64,000 nt of DNA from the human T2T-CHM13v2.0 reference genome, Homo sapiens. Below are positions 24,486-38,178 of the stretch, piece by piece; the first letter of the stretch is position 1; every line of letters starts with the position of its first letter. Position numbers and translations under genes: made by a program. The stretch is taken from assembly GCF_009914755.1 (NCBI RefSeq), contig NC_060933.1; one strand, 5' to 3'. Below the pieces are notes generated by a model that did not search any database, had not been told where the DNA came from, and saw only the letters and a program-made list of their open reading frames with translations.

Positions 24486-24979
24486 GATGGACACGCCCCC
24501 ACTGATATTGTTTTTAATGCAGCGTGGGAGGGGAGGATATGACACGCGATATCGCAGGTAGTAGAAACACCCCTTTGATAGTGTTCTTAATATTCAGGGA
24601 GGAAGAAGATGATGTTACTCCCAATACAGACGGATGTACACCCTCTGTACACCGAGGGTGTACACCCGTCTGTGAAGGAGTTCGTAATCTCCAGAGGTGG
24701 AGATGATATTACTCACAATATGGTAAACAGGCTGTGAGTCCATCGCGGATCCTCAGAGCCAGGTGGGGAAGAGGGGCTGGCTGTCAGTCCCCTCCTCGCG
24801 GGGGGTGCCTCCCCCACTGCTATGGGGATCCCAAGAGCCAGTGGGGGAAGAGGTGCTGGCTCTCAGTCTCCGCCTCGCGAGGTGCCTCCCCACCCTGCGA
24901 TCGGGGTCCGAAGAGCCAGGGGGGAAGAGGGGCTGGCTCTCTTCGTGGATGATTCTTTTTCCATTCTCAGGCAGTTTTC

Positions 24980-25281
24980 TTTTTTCTTTCTTTCTTTTTT
25001 TTTTTTTTTTGAGACTGAGTCTTGCTCTGTTGCCCATGCTTTGCTCGATCTCGGGTGACTGCAACCACTGCCTCCCAGGTTCAAGAGATTCTCCTGCCTC
25101 AGCCTCCTGAGTAGCTGGGACTAGAGGCGTGTGTCACCACACCCAGCTAATTTTTGTATTTTTAGTAGAGATGGGGTTTCACCATGTTTGCCAGGATGGT
25201 CTTTATCTCCTGCCCTTGTGATCCACCCACCTCAGCCTCCCAAAGTGCTGGGATTGCAGGTGCGAGCCACCGGGTCCAGCC
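24980..25281 (-). mobile_element. Alu (S-type)
   Basis: Poly-T then the Alu body; TSD-like TCTCAGGC..TTTTC on both sides. Confidence 0.9.
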
Positions 25282-25299
25282 TCTCAGGCGATTTTCATA

Positions 25300-25730
25300 C
25301 CTGCATACTCTGATCACTACTCTGTTAAACAGTCAAGGAGGGGAAGTATTATCTTCAGATTTCCAGAGCTCTGTCTCTGTACAGCCCTCTCCTCCTCAAT
25401 ATTCTGCCCTATGAATTCTAGCCACATTGGCCTTCCCAGGCTCACAGTTCTGTCTTCTCAACTCAGGAAGATCTCTGAGTTCCATCTGCATTCTTTCTTC
25501 CTGTGCTGTGGCCTGGAAAGTTTTCTAAGGTGTTAGGGAGGTCAATTGTGGGGCTAGCCTCATTTGTTTCTCATCTCTTGAGGATCACTGCCCTTTGATG
25601 CTTGATTCCAGTGATTGATTCCCTTTGTTGCTTGAGGGCCATAGTTTCATATATTTTGTCCAGTAGTTTTGTTGTTTTAGGTCAGAAAGTAATTTTGGTC
25701 TCTGTTACTCTATCTTGGCCAGAAGTGTAA
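25300..25730 (-). mobile_element. Old L1M 5'-region fragment
   Basis: Ends ...ctgttactctatcttggccagaagtg, typical of old L1M 5' ends (recall). Confidence 0.5.
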
Positions 25731-26584
25731 GACCTAAGCATTTACACATCAAAATACTGCACACATAATTTTAGTTTAAGCTACTTTTTAAAAAATCTCC
25801 TTCATTTTCCATTTAGCATTCTATTTAGGGTATTACATTGGTTTTTTTGAAATTCTGTTATTGGCAGTTTCTATTGCCTATCAATCCCATTTAAAGATAG
25901 TGCATAGGGTATTCTAAAATAGCTGTTAAGCAAAGAGAAAATTGGGCCTGATAGGGTGAGAATCACAGCTCTAATACCTAGAGTGACCTTATAATGTATT
26001 GTCCAAAGGAGATATTTTTGACAGTGAAAGAGGGTGTTGTTAGTAATTATATCAGGACCATGGCCTAAACCAGGACTATCCCAGGAAGCCTGGGACATAT
26101 TTGTACCCCATCTCTATTTAATGCCTTTATACAATTCTTTACTTAATTCTACCAGCCTTTATTGAGCCTGCTTTCTTTGTCTAGCTGAGTGCCATGTGCT
26201 GACGTCACTAAGATCAATACAGCAAACTCTGAAAGATGGACAGAGAGACAGGAGATGGTCCTTTATAATGCAGTGTGATCTGTGCTGCAATAGAGGTGAG
26301 CACAAGGGCCTTACGAAGGTTCAGTGAAGAGCATGCTTGACTGCAGGGGAGGGTACTTAGGTTAGAAAAGATGAGTCGAAGTATGTTCATAGGGAGCATG
26401 AGATGAGAGGTGGTGGGAAAGGTATTCCAGACAGTGTGTGTCAAGGCCAAGAGCCAGGGGAACACAGGTAGGGCTTTTTTTTTTTTCTTCTAAGATGGAA
26501 GAGTGTTCTGATCGGCTGGAAAACAATGCACATGGGAAGCTGTACAGAAATGAGTGGGGAAAGGTAATACTTAACAGCAACAGC

Positions 26585-26810
26585 AGTTAATATTTAGTGC
26601 CCACTTAGGACATGCTGGACACAGTTCCGGGTACTCTGAACATATTCGCTCATTTAATCTTTACAACAACCCTATGAGGTAGGTACTATTATTATCCCCA
26701 TTTTCAGGTGAGGAATCTGAGGCACAGAGAGAGTAAGTATGTTGCCCAGGGCCACGCACCAAGTATGTGGTAGGTCCTGGAGTTGAATGCAGAGCCCCTC
26801 CACTCTAAAC
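26585..26810 (-). mobile_element. MIR SINE
   Basis: ctcatttaatctttacaacaaccctatgaggtaggtactattattatccccattttcaggtgaggaa. Confidence 0.85.
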
Positions 26811-27647
26811 TCCTGAAAGCCAGATGCTACAAGGCATTGTTATTCCAAGTGGAGGAATGCTAAGGACATCATCCTGCAGGTGACCAGGAAACCCTGAAGC
26901 ATTCGAAGCAGGGGAATGGCTTAAAACAAGGTGGTATAGGAAAGTGCTCCCAGAGCAGCATGAAAGTCTGGTGTAGTGGAGGTCTCCGCTAGCCACAAGA
27001 GGTGGTAAGAGGCTGAGCTGAAGCAGCTGCAGCAGGGATGCAGAGGATACATTCCCCAAACCCTTATGGGCAGAGTCCTTTGGCTTCAGTGACCACGGCC
27101 AAGGGTGCAGAGGAGAAGCCCAAGAAGATGCCAGGTGTCTGGCTTATGCCCCTGTGTGAACGTGAAGCCTCTCATTGACATGCAGGTTACAGGAGGAAAA
27201 GCAGGTTTATTTGGGAAGGAGGCTTCTAGACCATGACTTCCATTTTAGCCATGTAGTTTTTGAAGTGCTTGTACAAGTTCTAGGTGGAAATGTCCAGGAG
27301 GCAGTGGGGAACTCAAAGTAGATCTCAGGAGAGAGGCTTAGGCCAGAGGGCTTGGGGAATCATCAGCATGAGGGTGGGAGGAGAGCTGGTATTTGGATGA
27401 GATTGCAGTGGAGCATGAACAGAGTGGGAAAAGGTGGTGATGAACCCAGGGACTCCAGTATGCGGTAGCTGGCTGTGAGATTAGGAAGCAATGAAGGAGG
27501 CCGAGAAGGATGTGGGGGAGAAGCATCAATAAGGAATAAATGAGTTGCACGTGCTCCAGAGAGGCCAGCTAAAGACTGGATTTGGCTCTCGCAGGTCATA
27601 CACGAAAGAATCTTGGAACCAAAAGGAAAACTGTGGTGGTTTGAAGG

Positions 27648-28095
27648 GTATATTCAGTTTCTAGGTCTGCTGTCACAAAATACCAGAAACTGGGTGTCTT
27701 GTTAAAACAACAGAAATTTTTTCTCTCACAGTTTTGGAAGCTAGAAGTTCAAAACGAGGTGTTGGCAGCACCATGCTCTCTCTGAAGATGCTAGGAAGAA
27801 TCTGCTCCATGCCTTTCCATTCGCTTCTGGGGTTTCCTGCAAGCCCTGACATTCCTTGGCTTGTAGATGCATCACCCCAGTTTCCGCCCCCATCATCACA
27901 TGGCCTCCTCTCTGTGTGTGCCTCTGCGTTCCCTCTATTCTTCTTCTAAGGACACCGACACCAGTCATAGTGGATTAAGGGTCCACTCCTAACCAATTAC
28001 ATCTGCAACAACCCTATTTCCAAATAAAGTCACATTCTAAGATTCCTAGGGAGAACATGAATTTTTGGGGGTGTGTGGATACTGTTCAACCTGGG
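27648..28095 (-). mobile_element. MLT1 (B/C-like) MaLR LTR
   Basis: ctgctgtcacaaaataccagaaactgggtg...ctatttccaaataaagtcacattct...gaatttttgggg. Confidence 0.85.
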
Positions 28096-29472
28096 ACATG
28101 GAGTAAATAAATGGCAAGGAAGATTACAGATGACTTTAAGCTAAAGAGGGAGATAGGGTTAAATGTAGGACTTTTTTTTTTTTCCAGGACGGGAGAGGTT
28201 TAAACATGTTACTACATTGAATAAATGAAATAATCACGGACATGGAGTGGCTAAAGATTCTGAACTAAGTGCAAGTAATTGATAGCGCAAGCTCCCAAGG
28301 GGCTGGGGCCTGGAGCGCAGGTGGATGGATCCACTGTGGGCAGAACTGGGGCGTGGGAGGGGTGTGCCGATGCAGATGTGTTTGAGTGTGGGGGGCCAGA
28401 AGCTGATTGGGGCGAAGCGTGACAGTGCAGCTCCAAGCACGCTGGAGGTGTTCACCAAGCAAATCAAGAGCAGATGGCAGAACAAGCAGCTGAAATAACA
28501 GCTTGTGAAATCAACCCTACTTTGTGGGGAGAGGATGAGTTAAGGATTCTAGCCATGAGAACCAAGAAGAGGAGGATAATCTGTTCATGCCTATTATGGG
28601 GCTTTGCGGGAGCAGTTTCAGCCTCAACCTGGAGAATGTTTTAGAAGGCCAGAGAAAGGAACCCTGCAAATCATGTGAGCTGGCCCCTCACTTTGAGATG
28701 AAGTGTCCATACAGCAGTAACGCCACCCTCTGTAGTGGTTCTAGAGTGTGGCAATCTGGAGGGGTCATTATGGAAAAGGGCTGAAGCATAAGAATGTAGG
28801 CCCAATACTGAGATAGAAAGAGGATTCTCTGAGATGACTTAGGCAGGGTGATGGTGGTGGAGGTGGGTGTAAGAAGCCCTCTGCTGCCTCAGTCCGAGCA
28901 TGGAATTCAATTGGTCAAGAGCAGAGCCAATCACCATTTAGGCCCCCTTGTTAGCCTTAATTTATTCCTCAGGTATGGAGAATACTCCTCAAGATGCATT
29001 CAGAGTGTAAGCTCCCTCTTCCTCAGCAGAGGACTGCCCTGCAGGTTTGCAGTTCTGTCATTTGGAAACTCCCTGATGTGTCCCTTGGCTCTTCCCATTC
29101 TTTTGCTTCAACACATTTTAAGACCAGGCACCTTAACTGCAGAAACAGCATGAAAAACAAGTAGGTTTCAGGAAAAATTATCCCAAGTGGAGTCTCTACT
29201 GTGCTCTGTTTATCAGATGTAAAGCTTAAAACAGTGTAAGAGTTTTTACAGAGTGTATTCATATCACACCAGTTTTGGGTCCATAGACAGGGGCTTTTTC
29301 TAGATCAAACCGTTCAATTGTCCTGTTGATCCTGGCCTAAAATCTGAGTGGATAAAAAATATTCTAGGAGAGATGAGATTCTAACCCTCAATGGCAAAAA
29401 GCAGGGCTGAGCCCTAAGCCCACGTTTTTACACATATTTTACAATTGAATGTGTTGCACTACCGCTAGAACA

Positions 29473-29982
29473 CTAGTTCTCAACCAGGGGCGATTTTGCT
29501 TTCCAGGGGACATTGGCAATGTCTGGAGACATTTTTTTTTCCATTTTCAAAAATTGTGGCAAAGCACATAACATAAAATTAGCCATTTGAACCATTTTCA
29601 TGTGTATAGTTCAGTGGCACTAAGCACCTTCGCACTGATGTGCAACCATCACCACCATCCATCCATAGAACTCTCTTCATTTTGCAAAACTGTAACTCTG
29701 TACCCATTAAACACTAACTCGCCATTTCCCTCTTCTCCCAGCCCCTGACAACCATCATTTGACTTTCTGTCTCCATGATTTTGACTACTCTAGGTACCTC
29801 AAATAAGTGGAATCATACTGTTGAGGGATTTTTGATGGTCACAACTTGGGATGGGGTGCTGCTGGTGTCTAGTGGGTAAAGGCTAGGGAGGCCACTTAAC
29901 ATCCTGCAATGCACAGGATGGTCCCCACAAGAAAGCAATAACTAACCCCAAACGTCAATCCTACCAAAATTGAGAAACTCTG
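29473..29982 (+). mobile_element. MER20 hAT element split by an L1MB-like 3' fragment (29533-29820, minus strand)
   Basis: MER20 left end agttctcaaccaggggcgattttg...ggcaatgtctggagacattt resumes at tttgatggtcacaac...ttgagaaactctg. Confidence 0.85.
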
Positions 29983-30443
29983 AGCTAGAAAAATCCCATG
30001 ACTAGTCTTACACCATGGAGTATCAGTCAATAGAGACTAGTTATGTTGCAATAAGAAACCACCTCCAAATTTCTGTGGTTTAAAACAACTTATATTTTTG
30101 CTCTAACATGGAGCATCCTTAATCAGCAATCCAGGCTGGTGGGAGTTCCATCCTGACCTGGGCTTCTACGATGACTGAAGCAGAAAAAGGATCAGTGATA
30201 AATTGTGCACTGGCTTTTAAAGCTCCCATTGGAAGTGTCCAGGTCATTTTCGGTCACACTTTCTTGGCCAGATCAAATCACAGGTCCACATCTCACTTCA
30301 AAGGGAGGAAGGAAGTGCATTTTTACTCTGAGGAAATACAACCACCACACCTAGCAATTAAAAATAAACCTCATAGTGTTATCACCTGCTTGAAGTGCTG
30401 ATATCAGAGCAAGCCTACCAGTAGGAGTGGTGCAGGCTGCAGG

Positions 30444-30761
30444 TTTTTGGTTTTGTTTTGTTTTGTTTTTTGAGACTGCACTCCAGCCTTAGTCTGTCAT
30501 GCAGGCTGGAGTACAGTGGTGTCATCACAGCTTATTGCAGCCTTGATCTCCCCACACAAGCGATCCTCCCACTTCAGCCTCCTGAATAGTTGAGACTACA
30601 GGCCCGTGCCACCACGCCCGGTTAATTTTTTGTATTTTTTTTGTAGAGATGGGGTTTCACTATGTTGCCTAGACTGGTCTTGAACTCCTGGATGCAAGTG
30701 ATCCACTTGCCTCGGCCTCCCAAAGTGCTGGGATTACAGGCGTGAGCCGCCATGCCTGGCC
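30444..30761 (-). mobile_element. AluJ with an internal micro-inversion
   Basis: (TTTTG)n tail followed by the Alu body. Confidence 0.9.
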
Positions 30762-31566
30762 TAGAAGCTCATTCTTATTGGCCAGAAGCTAGAGAGTGAT
30801 CTAAAGGCTCCAAGCCAGGCCAGACTGGTTTCAAGCCTTAGGGCTAGTGTATTAATGAATGAGGTTCGAGCTTCTGTGGCATGGGAACTGAGGGGCACCA
30901 CAACACTCAGCTTACTCAAGGGACCAATTCTAGCAGCCTTCGAAGGAGTCTGAAAAAGGTAGCCTTGAATTAGTTTCCAGGTGAAAAATATTTGTCCCAA
31001 TTGAAGCAAGTACTACTAGTGACTGCCTCTGCTATGGAAGAAGGGGTTACCCGCTTGCCCGTGAGCAACAGGATTTCTTGGGGTTGATTTTGCAGGAACA
31101 TGTACCTCCATGTGGCCAAACAAGCAGGCTTGCTTAGATTTGCACCACAGGATATTAAAGTGGAAAGGAATCTTAAACATCTAATTGAGGGATGGCAAAT
31201 TGGGTTCATTGTAAGGGTCACCTCTGACCCTTTGGTTGTGGCTGCTAGGAGCATTGGGTGGGAAGAATTCCGTAGTTTTTTCCAGAGAGAGACAGCCACG
31301 CTTCATTAGAGAGTCTAGTGGGCATGGAAGGGAGGGGGTGAGTTGTTGTGCCTGTAACAGGATTTTGCCATCCCTAGTTCTAATCCAACACTTTGAGAGC
31401 TGAGGCTCAGCTCCACAAGTGATTTATAGAGGTCCTTCCTTTATTGCTTTTATGTCACCACATCTAGAATTAGGTCTTCTGCTTCCAAGAAAGTCAGCTG
31501 CCTCATTACCATGTAGCATAGTTAGATTCCCCATTTCATCTAGAAAATAAACATTTATTGAGGGCT

Positions 31567-31824
31567 GGCCAAGTGCGGTGGCTCACGCCTGTAATCCCCG
31601 CATTTTGGGAGGCCAAGGTGGATGGATCATTTGAGGTCAGGAGTTCGAGACCAGCCTGGCCAACATGGTGAAACCCTGTTTCTACTAAAAATACAAAAAT
31701 TAGCCAGAAATCCCTTGAACCCAGGAGACGGAGGTTGCAGCGAGCCAAGATCGCACCACTGCACTCCAGCCTGGGCGGAAGAGAGAGATTCCGTCTCAAA
31801 AAATAAAATAAATAAATAAATAAA
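31567..31824 (+). mobile_element. AluS with ~50-bp internal deletion, inserted in L2
   Basis: TSD ATTTATTGAGGGC on both sides; the right-arm start is missing (aattagccag|aaatcccttgaacc). Confidence 0.9.
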
Positions 31825-32214
31825 TTCACAAAAATATTTATTGAGGGCCCACTTGGTTTTTAGCACTGAAATAGGAGCCGAACATAGAGCAGTGAATGAA
31901 TAGGCCAAGTCCCTGCTCTTCTTGGCCTTACATTTTGGGGGAGGAGACAGATTAGTAATTATTAGGAGAATTATTAGTAATTATTAGGAGAAAGCAGGAA
32001 ATTTCTGCTTTCATGGGTGGGATACCAGAAGGTAAATCATTATGAAAGGATATTTTGGGACAAGTTTCTATAGCATAGATGTATTTTAGGATGATTGGGG
32101 CTGTGTGTTGTGAGCACGGGATCTCTGAGGCAGTCAAAGGGCACCAGGAACCTCATCTCTTAAGACATGCATGCACCGTAGGCTGCCGTTTGTGTCCCTC
32201 ACTTTGGCCAAGCT

Positions 32215-32570
32215 CCCTTCTTCATCATGGCCTTTGCACTTGCTGTTCTCTGTCTGGGGAAGAATGCTCTTTCCCTAGAGATCCAAATGGCTCACTCCTT
32301 CAGTGTCTTCAAATCTCTGTCAAATATCACCTAAACAGAGAGGCTTTCCCTGGCCTCTAGAGGACAAAGTAGCACATTTTCTCACCCACTTACCCTGCTC
32401 ATCCTTCTTTATAGCACCCCTCACCACCTGCTGTATTATTTGCTTATCGTTCAGCTTTCTCTCTAAAATGGAAGATCTATGAGAACAAGAACCTGTCTGC
32501 TCATTGAGGTGTTACTCCAGAAAAATGTCTGGCCCATGGCAGGTGCTTAATCAACAATTTTTGAAGGAAA
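32215..32570 (+). mobile_element. L2 3' end
   Basis: ggcctttgcacttgctgttc...tctggcccatggcaggtgcttaat. Confidence 0.75.
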
Positions 32571-33037
32571 AGTGGAGGAAAAAAAGATAGGAGAAAGCAA
32601 ACTCATGAAGAAGAGTGCTTGGGTGGGGTGGGAGGAGAAGAGGGCAATGGATCCAGGCCCTACAGGGATTCACTGTTCAAGCAGAAAGTCCAGGGAAAGC
32701 CACATGGCCTCCTTCAATCGGACGAGCTGGAGCTGCTGACATCCCCTGCAACCTGGGAGCCAGTGCATGCAATGCTCCAGCTGGGTCTAAGGACAGAAGG
32801 AGGCTAATGAACAGCCACCTTCGGAGCAACAGGGTCACTTCAGTCCTCCCTGTTTACTTCCAAGCTGCTGGGAGTCTTATGCACATTTCCTCTTCTCACT
32901 TGCCTCTTCACATCCCTAGCTGCCGCAGGAATTTATGGCTTAATTAAAGTGGGAAGCAGGGTTTATATATGTTTATATAAAGTTATATTTTCCTCCACCT
33001 CTTTGTTGGAAGAAAACTCAAATGTTAAAATTCTTAG

Positions 33038-33261
<224 letters not shown>

Positions 33262-35101
33262 CTAGAAAGGACACTAGAGATAAATCTAGTTCATGCTCCT
33301 TGTTTTCTGTGGGAGGACACTGAGGTCCAGGGTCACACAACTCACAAATGGCCAGCCTACGGAAACCCTTTAAGAGGCACAGTGTGAGGAAAAGGCAGGC
33401 ACTTGTGATAACCCCACTGGTGGGCAGGAGCTAAGCCTCCATAGGTGGGGAAGGGAATTAACCCCAGGACACAGGCTCCAGTCTGGGGGCTTGAGATGTT
33501 CAGGGGACGCCAGTTAGAACTAAGGCAGGAGGCCAAGGCAGAAGCTGTGCTCCTCTGCCTGGATGTATGAGGGCAGCAGAGGAAGAAGAGTTGGCAAAGC
33601 AGCCCAGAAACACATGAAGAGGAGGAGTGAATGTAAGTAGAGCATGCCAGAGATGGCAGATCAAGGCAGGGAGTTAAATTGAAGGAGGAGGCGGCTGCGG
33701 CCAAGGGTGCACAGTGATTCAAAGTTACAGTTGGTTATGGGCTGAGGAAACAGCTTTCTGTTTCACTGCTGTGAGAGGCAACCAGGTTGCAAGGAAAGGA
33801 GGGGAAGAGGGAGGCGTTAACATGGAGGAGTGAATGTAGACAGAACCTTCCAGATGTTGGCTGAAGATAGAAAGGAGAGGGAGGAGGGGTTCTGGAGGGA
33901 GAAAGAAGTTAAAGAGTATTTTTTTATATGGGGAGATATGGGAGTTTTGGGTTTTATTTTTGGCTTGTGAGAATGAGCTAATCTTGTATAAAGGGATTAA
34001 AGATTTTTAAAAAAATTTATCTCTGAGCCTTAGGTCTTTCAACTTTAAAACGAAGATCAAAAATCTATGTCTTTGGCTTATGAGGATTAAAATGTGAAAA
34101 CACATTACTCCAGTGCCTGGCACATTATAAACACATAATACATGGTAGCTATTTTAAATATTTTATTATAAACTTATGTAGTGCTCATCTGGAGGCCTAG
34201 GAAAGTGTTATTGAAAGTATTTTAAATCTTAGTATCTTATATTTATCATTTATAGGGTATAGTAGATTAAGAAATACTTCACGTATTTTGAAAGATTGGG
34301 CTGGAAACATACCCGAAGAAGCATTCTTTTTATCTCTCATGTACATGTGGACATTATACATTTTAATTAAGTGTTATTATATGAGCCAAATTCCCTCCTC
34401 ATGGGTGTTAGTAGGAGTTGACCTCGAAGGAGGGAGGATTTGGTTGTGGATTTATGACTCACATCTGCGAAAGGAGTAAGGGCGAATAAGAACAGGAAAC
34501 TCTCTGATAAGCAATTTTACTATGTTTTCATTTTTATCTGAAACTCTGTAATCCAAGACTGGGGTAACTTTTCATATTTTTTAAAAATACTTTTTTATAG
34601 GCTGGAGTGATCTTGTGTAAGCAAGGATAAATCATAGATGTTAGAGAGACGTTTGTCTCTGTGCTGTTTGGTGCAAATTCCATGAAAAAGAGCCAAGGCA
34701 GGGGGTGGGGGTGGTTGTCAGGAAACCAAGGGATGAGATGTTTTTCTTTTTCAAAGATGACACCTATGATGCCAACTAGTGAGCATGGGCGAACAGAGCG
34801 GAAAGGAATTCGTTACAGTCCTAAAGAGGGATAAATGCATCTGGTGTCAGATTAACTCCAGCGAACAGCCTCACTCAGTCCTAAATACTGACTCAAAAGC
34901 ATGTTGATTTCAGTGTGAGAAACAGATGTGTAAAGGTGACTTCTCATGAGGTAAAATATAAAGCAACATGCCTAGGTCTTAAAATCATGATGTTGAGTGC
35001 AACTATAAGAAAAAAATGGGCTTACTGATATAATGTTATTATGTAATTTAAAGCCACATTTGCATATCAAACAACCTTGCCTATTTCTACAGAGAGAGTT
35101 G

Positions 35102-35409
<308 letters not shown>

Positions 35410-36002
35410 AAGATATAAAGTTTAAGGACACATATCAAACATACTAGAGAGGTTGCTGATGGGATAGGGAGGATGAGTGTGAGCATCACAGACAAGGGAA
35501 AAAGCAAAATGAGACAGCGGCTTTGCCCAGATGGACAATGAAAATGTGCTATGAGTTAAAGAGCATGATTTTTAAAAGGAGAGAAATCTTTTAGTCATTG
35601 GTCTTCTCTTTGTTCTGGCTTAATGAATCTGCTGCAAAGGCAAATAGCTTTCAGGCAAACTTGCTGTCCTAGTGGTAACATTGGCTTCAAGGACTCCTCG
35701 AGCGGTTTGGGATGGCTTCCTGAGGGTGACAAAGAGGAGCTGTGTTTTCAGCCAAATATCAGAACCAGGGCCACTGCCTGCCGCCAAACCCCAGCGGGCA
35801 CCCCTACTTTGTGTTTATCTGTGGTGGCTACGCTTGCCCACCTGGGTGGGAACCCCGAGAATGACTCCAGACTTTTCCAGGGACTGCATGCCAGGGTATT
35901 TTTACAATTTATGTGTAGACTTTGTTCAGGTGGAAAAGTTATTTTATGAAGACGAAACAAGCAACTGGGGTACCTACCTTATGGCATTTTTTACATTGAG
36001 AG

Positions 36003-36426
36003 TGTTAAAAATACCCCTCCCTTAACCAAAACCCTGACAAATAGAGCCAGGGAAGGCCATGCAAAAAAGGATTCTTGGGCTTGTATGCCTGATAACAAAA
36101 AATTATCACAGAAGACTGCAAAAAACACAATCTTGCACAAAGCCCATTGCAACTTTGCACACAACAATGCTTCTGAAGGATATTTGCCCAACAACTGCCT
36201 GTCCAACCTGGGCCTGGCATCACCTTTGTTATTGATCTTTGTAGCCAAGGATAATCATTTCCAAATGATCATATAATCTTCCTCATTTTTTCTTTTGTCT
36301 TCCTTTACCTCCGTGAATATGCATATAGTTTACTCTGGCTTGCCTATTGCTATTGCAAGGCTCTGTTTCCAAACGAATATCTTTTTCTTGTGGAGAGCCT
36401 CTCTCTGTTTGTTATTTAGGTTGATA
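36003..36426 (+). mobile_element. Solo ERV1 LTR (MER67-like)
   Basis: TGTTA...TTGATA termini with 4-bp TSD AGAG at 35999-36002 and 36427-36430. The family name is from recall. Confidence 0.65.
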
Positions 36427-36582
36427 AGAGAAATGTGAACATTTGAGAGCTCAGGTAAAAGGCCTTAGTCTACAGTGAAACTTTTTTGCACCCTTAGAGG
36501 CTTACTTCCACTACAACTTGCAGGTGGGCCTTGAAAAGTTCTTGGAATAAGTTTGAGCTTTGATCTTGTCCGGTTCATTTAG

Positions 36583-37440
36583 CATAGATTCTCAAAATGT
36601 GGTCCCTGGACCCACAGCATTAGCATCGCCTGGAGATTGTTAGAAATGCAAATCATCGGGCCTCATTCCAGACCCTCAGCTGGAAACTCTAGGGGCATGG
36701 CCAGACCCCCTGTAGCTGAACAAGCCATCCAGGTGGTTTTGATGCAGCTAAAGTTCTGGAACAACTAATGTAGCCCCATTTGGAAAACTTGGCTGTACAG
36801 GCCTCCCTAGCTGGTAAGCTGCTAGCATTTTTTGTTTGTTTGTTTGTTTGTTTGTTTGTTTTGATACAGGGTCTTGCTCTGTTGACCAGACCGTGACCTC
36901 CTGGGTTCAAGCGAGGACTCAGCCTCCTGAGTAGCCGGGACTACAGGTATGTGCTACCACTATGCCCAACTACTTTTTGTATTTTTTTTTTTTGTAGGGA
37001 TGGGGTTTTAGCCCAGGCTAGTCTCAAACTCCTGGACTCAAGCAATCTGCCCACTTTGGCCTCACAAAGTGCTGGGATTATAGGCATGAGCCACTGTGCC
37101 CGGCCCTGCCAGCTTTGTATAAGCTGAGGAGTTTTTAAAAATACCTAGACTCAGGGCAAACCCCAGACACTTAAATCAGATTCTCTGGGAGGTGAAGCCC
37201 AGGCACTGGTATTTTTAAAGTCTCTACAGATGGTTCTAATGTGCTGCTAAGTTAGAGAACTGCTGATCTAGACCAGGCCTTTTCAAACTTAATGTGCACG
37301 TGAATTACCTGGACCTTGTTAAAATGCAGATTCAGTCTGCATAGGCCTGGGGTGGAGCCTGAGCTTCTGCATTTTTAACAAGTCTCTAGAGGATGCTGCT
37401 GCATCTGGGCTGCTAACTACACTTGGAGAGAGGAGGTTCT
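36583..37440. mobile_element. Cluster of three adjacent MER5-type hAT elements; the middle one is split by an AluJ (36828-37105, minus strand)
   Basis: ttctcaaaatgtggtccctggac...ttgttagaaatgcaaat, aatcagattctctggg and ttgttaaaatgcagatt motifs. Confidence 0.75.
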
Positions 37441-38178
37441 GGAGAGCAGAGGAAGGAGCATGAACCATAACCTAGGGGCTGGTAGTCCTGACTTCCGAGC
37501 CAAGGTTTGCCTTTATGTGGCTGGCAACTTGCTTGGACTCCTACCTCAATTCTTTGGGCCCAAGGTTTGTCCTGCCTCAGAAGGATGTCAAGAAAATTGA
37601 GTAATGCAGAATTGTTTCTTAAAGTGTGTGCAGATGCTCCATGAATTTAGAGAGTATGTGGATGCACATTACTAAATTTTAATAGTTGTGAACATGTTGT
37701 TATGAGTACTTAGAACAAGTAATAATGGCTTTTGATGTATAGTAGTAAAAAAGCTTCCTTTTAAAAGGCATGTATTTAAGTTTCAAAAGTGGGGCTATTT
37801 AAAAATATATGAAATAAATAATAGTAGAGGTAATTGACAGAGCAAAATTATGAAGGCAGGATGAGAATGACTCAAGTTTGGGAAATGCTGAGAAAGCAGA
37901 TGCCCAAGGGCTATGAAAACTTAAAAAAATAGGTAGCACTTGATTTTGATTGGCTGAATGAGATGATGTGTTCGATCATTTATGGGGTTGGCATTTGGCA
38001 ACATGCACTGGGTGGCTGGGATCACTGTTTATTAAAAAATATTTGAGTCTCTACTTTGCACTTGATACTCTTTTAGTCTCTTGGAAAAGGGATTGGGGGG
38101 GCAGGCAGGATAAAAACAAATCATTTATGCCCACAAGAAAATTGCAGGAAGATAAAAGTCATGAAATAAACTCTGTGC

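Larger units (their letters stand above)
22456..24942. repeat. Distal satellite: reverse SATR-type and GC-rich units around and after the LTR5
   Basis: 22456-22832 plus 23865-24125 match 19135-19770. GC-rich units lie at 24125-24430 and 24745-24942. Confidence 0.8.

Noticed and set aside
9828-24942. CRISPR-like look of regularly spaced palindromic repeats
   Set aside because: The intervening sequence is also repeated (no unique spacers), there are no cas genes, and the DNA is primate.
30444-31824. Oppositely oriented Alu pair ~800 bp apart
   Set aside because: Different subfamilies, diverged, and no evidence of a shared transcript; a common arrangement.
31951-31992. Short 2x tandem repeats (here, ~2524-2550 and ~48029-48069) and poly-A/(TA)n tracts
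   Set aside because: Ordinary slippage products.
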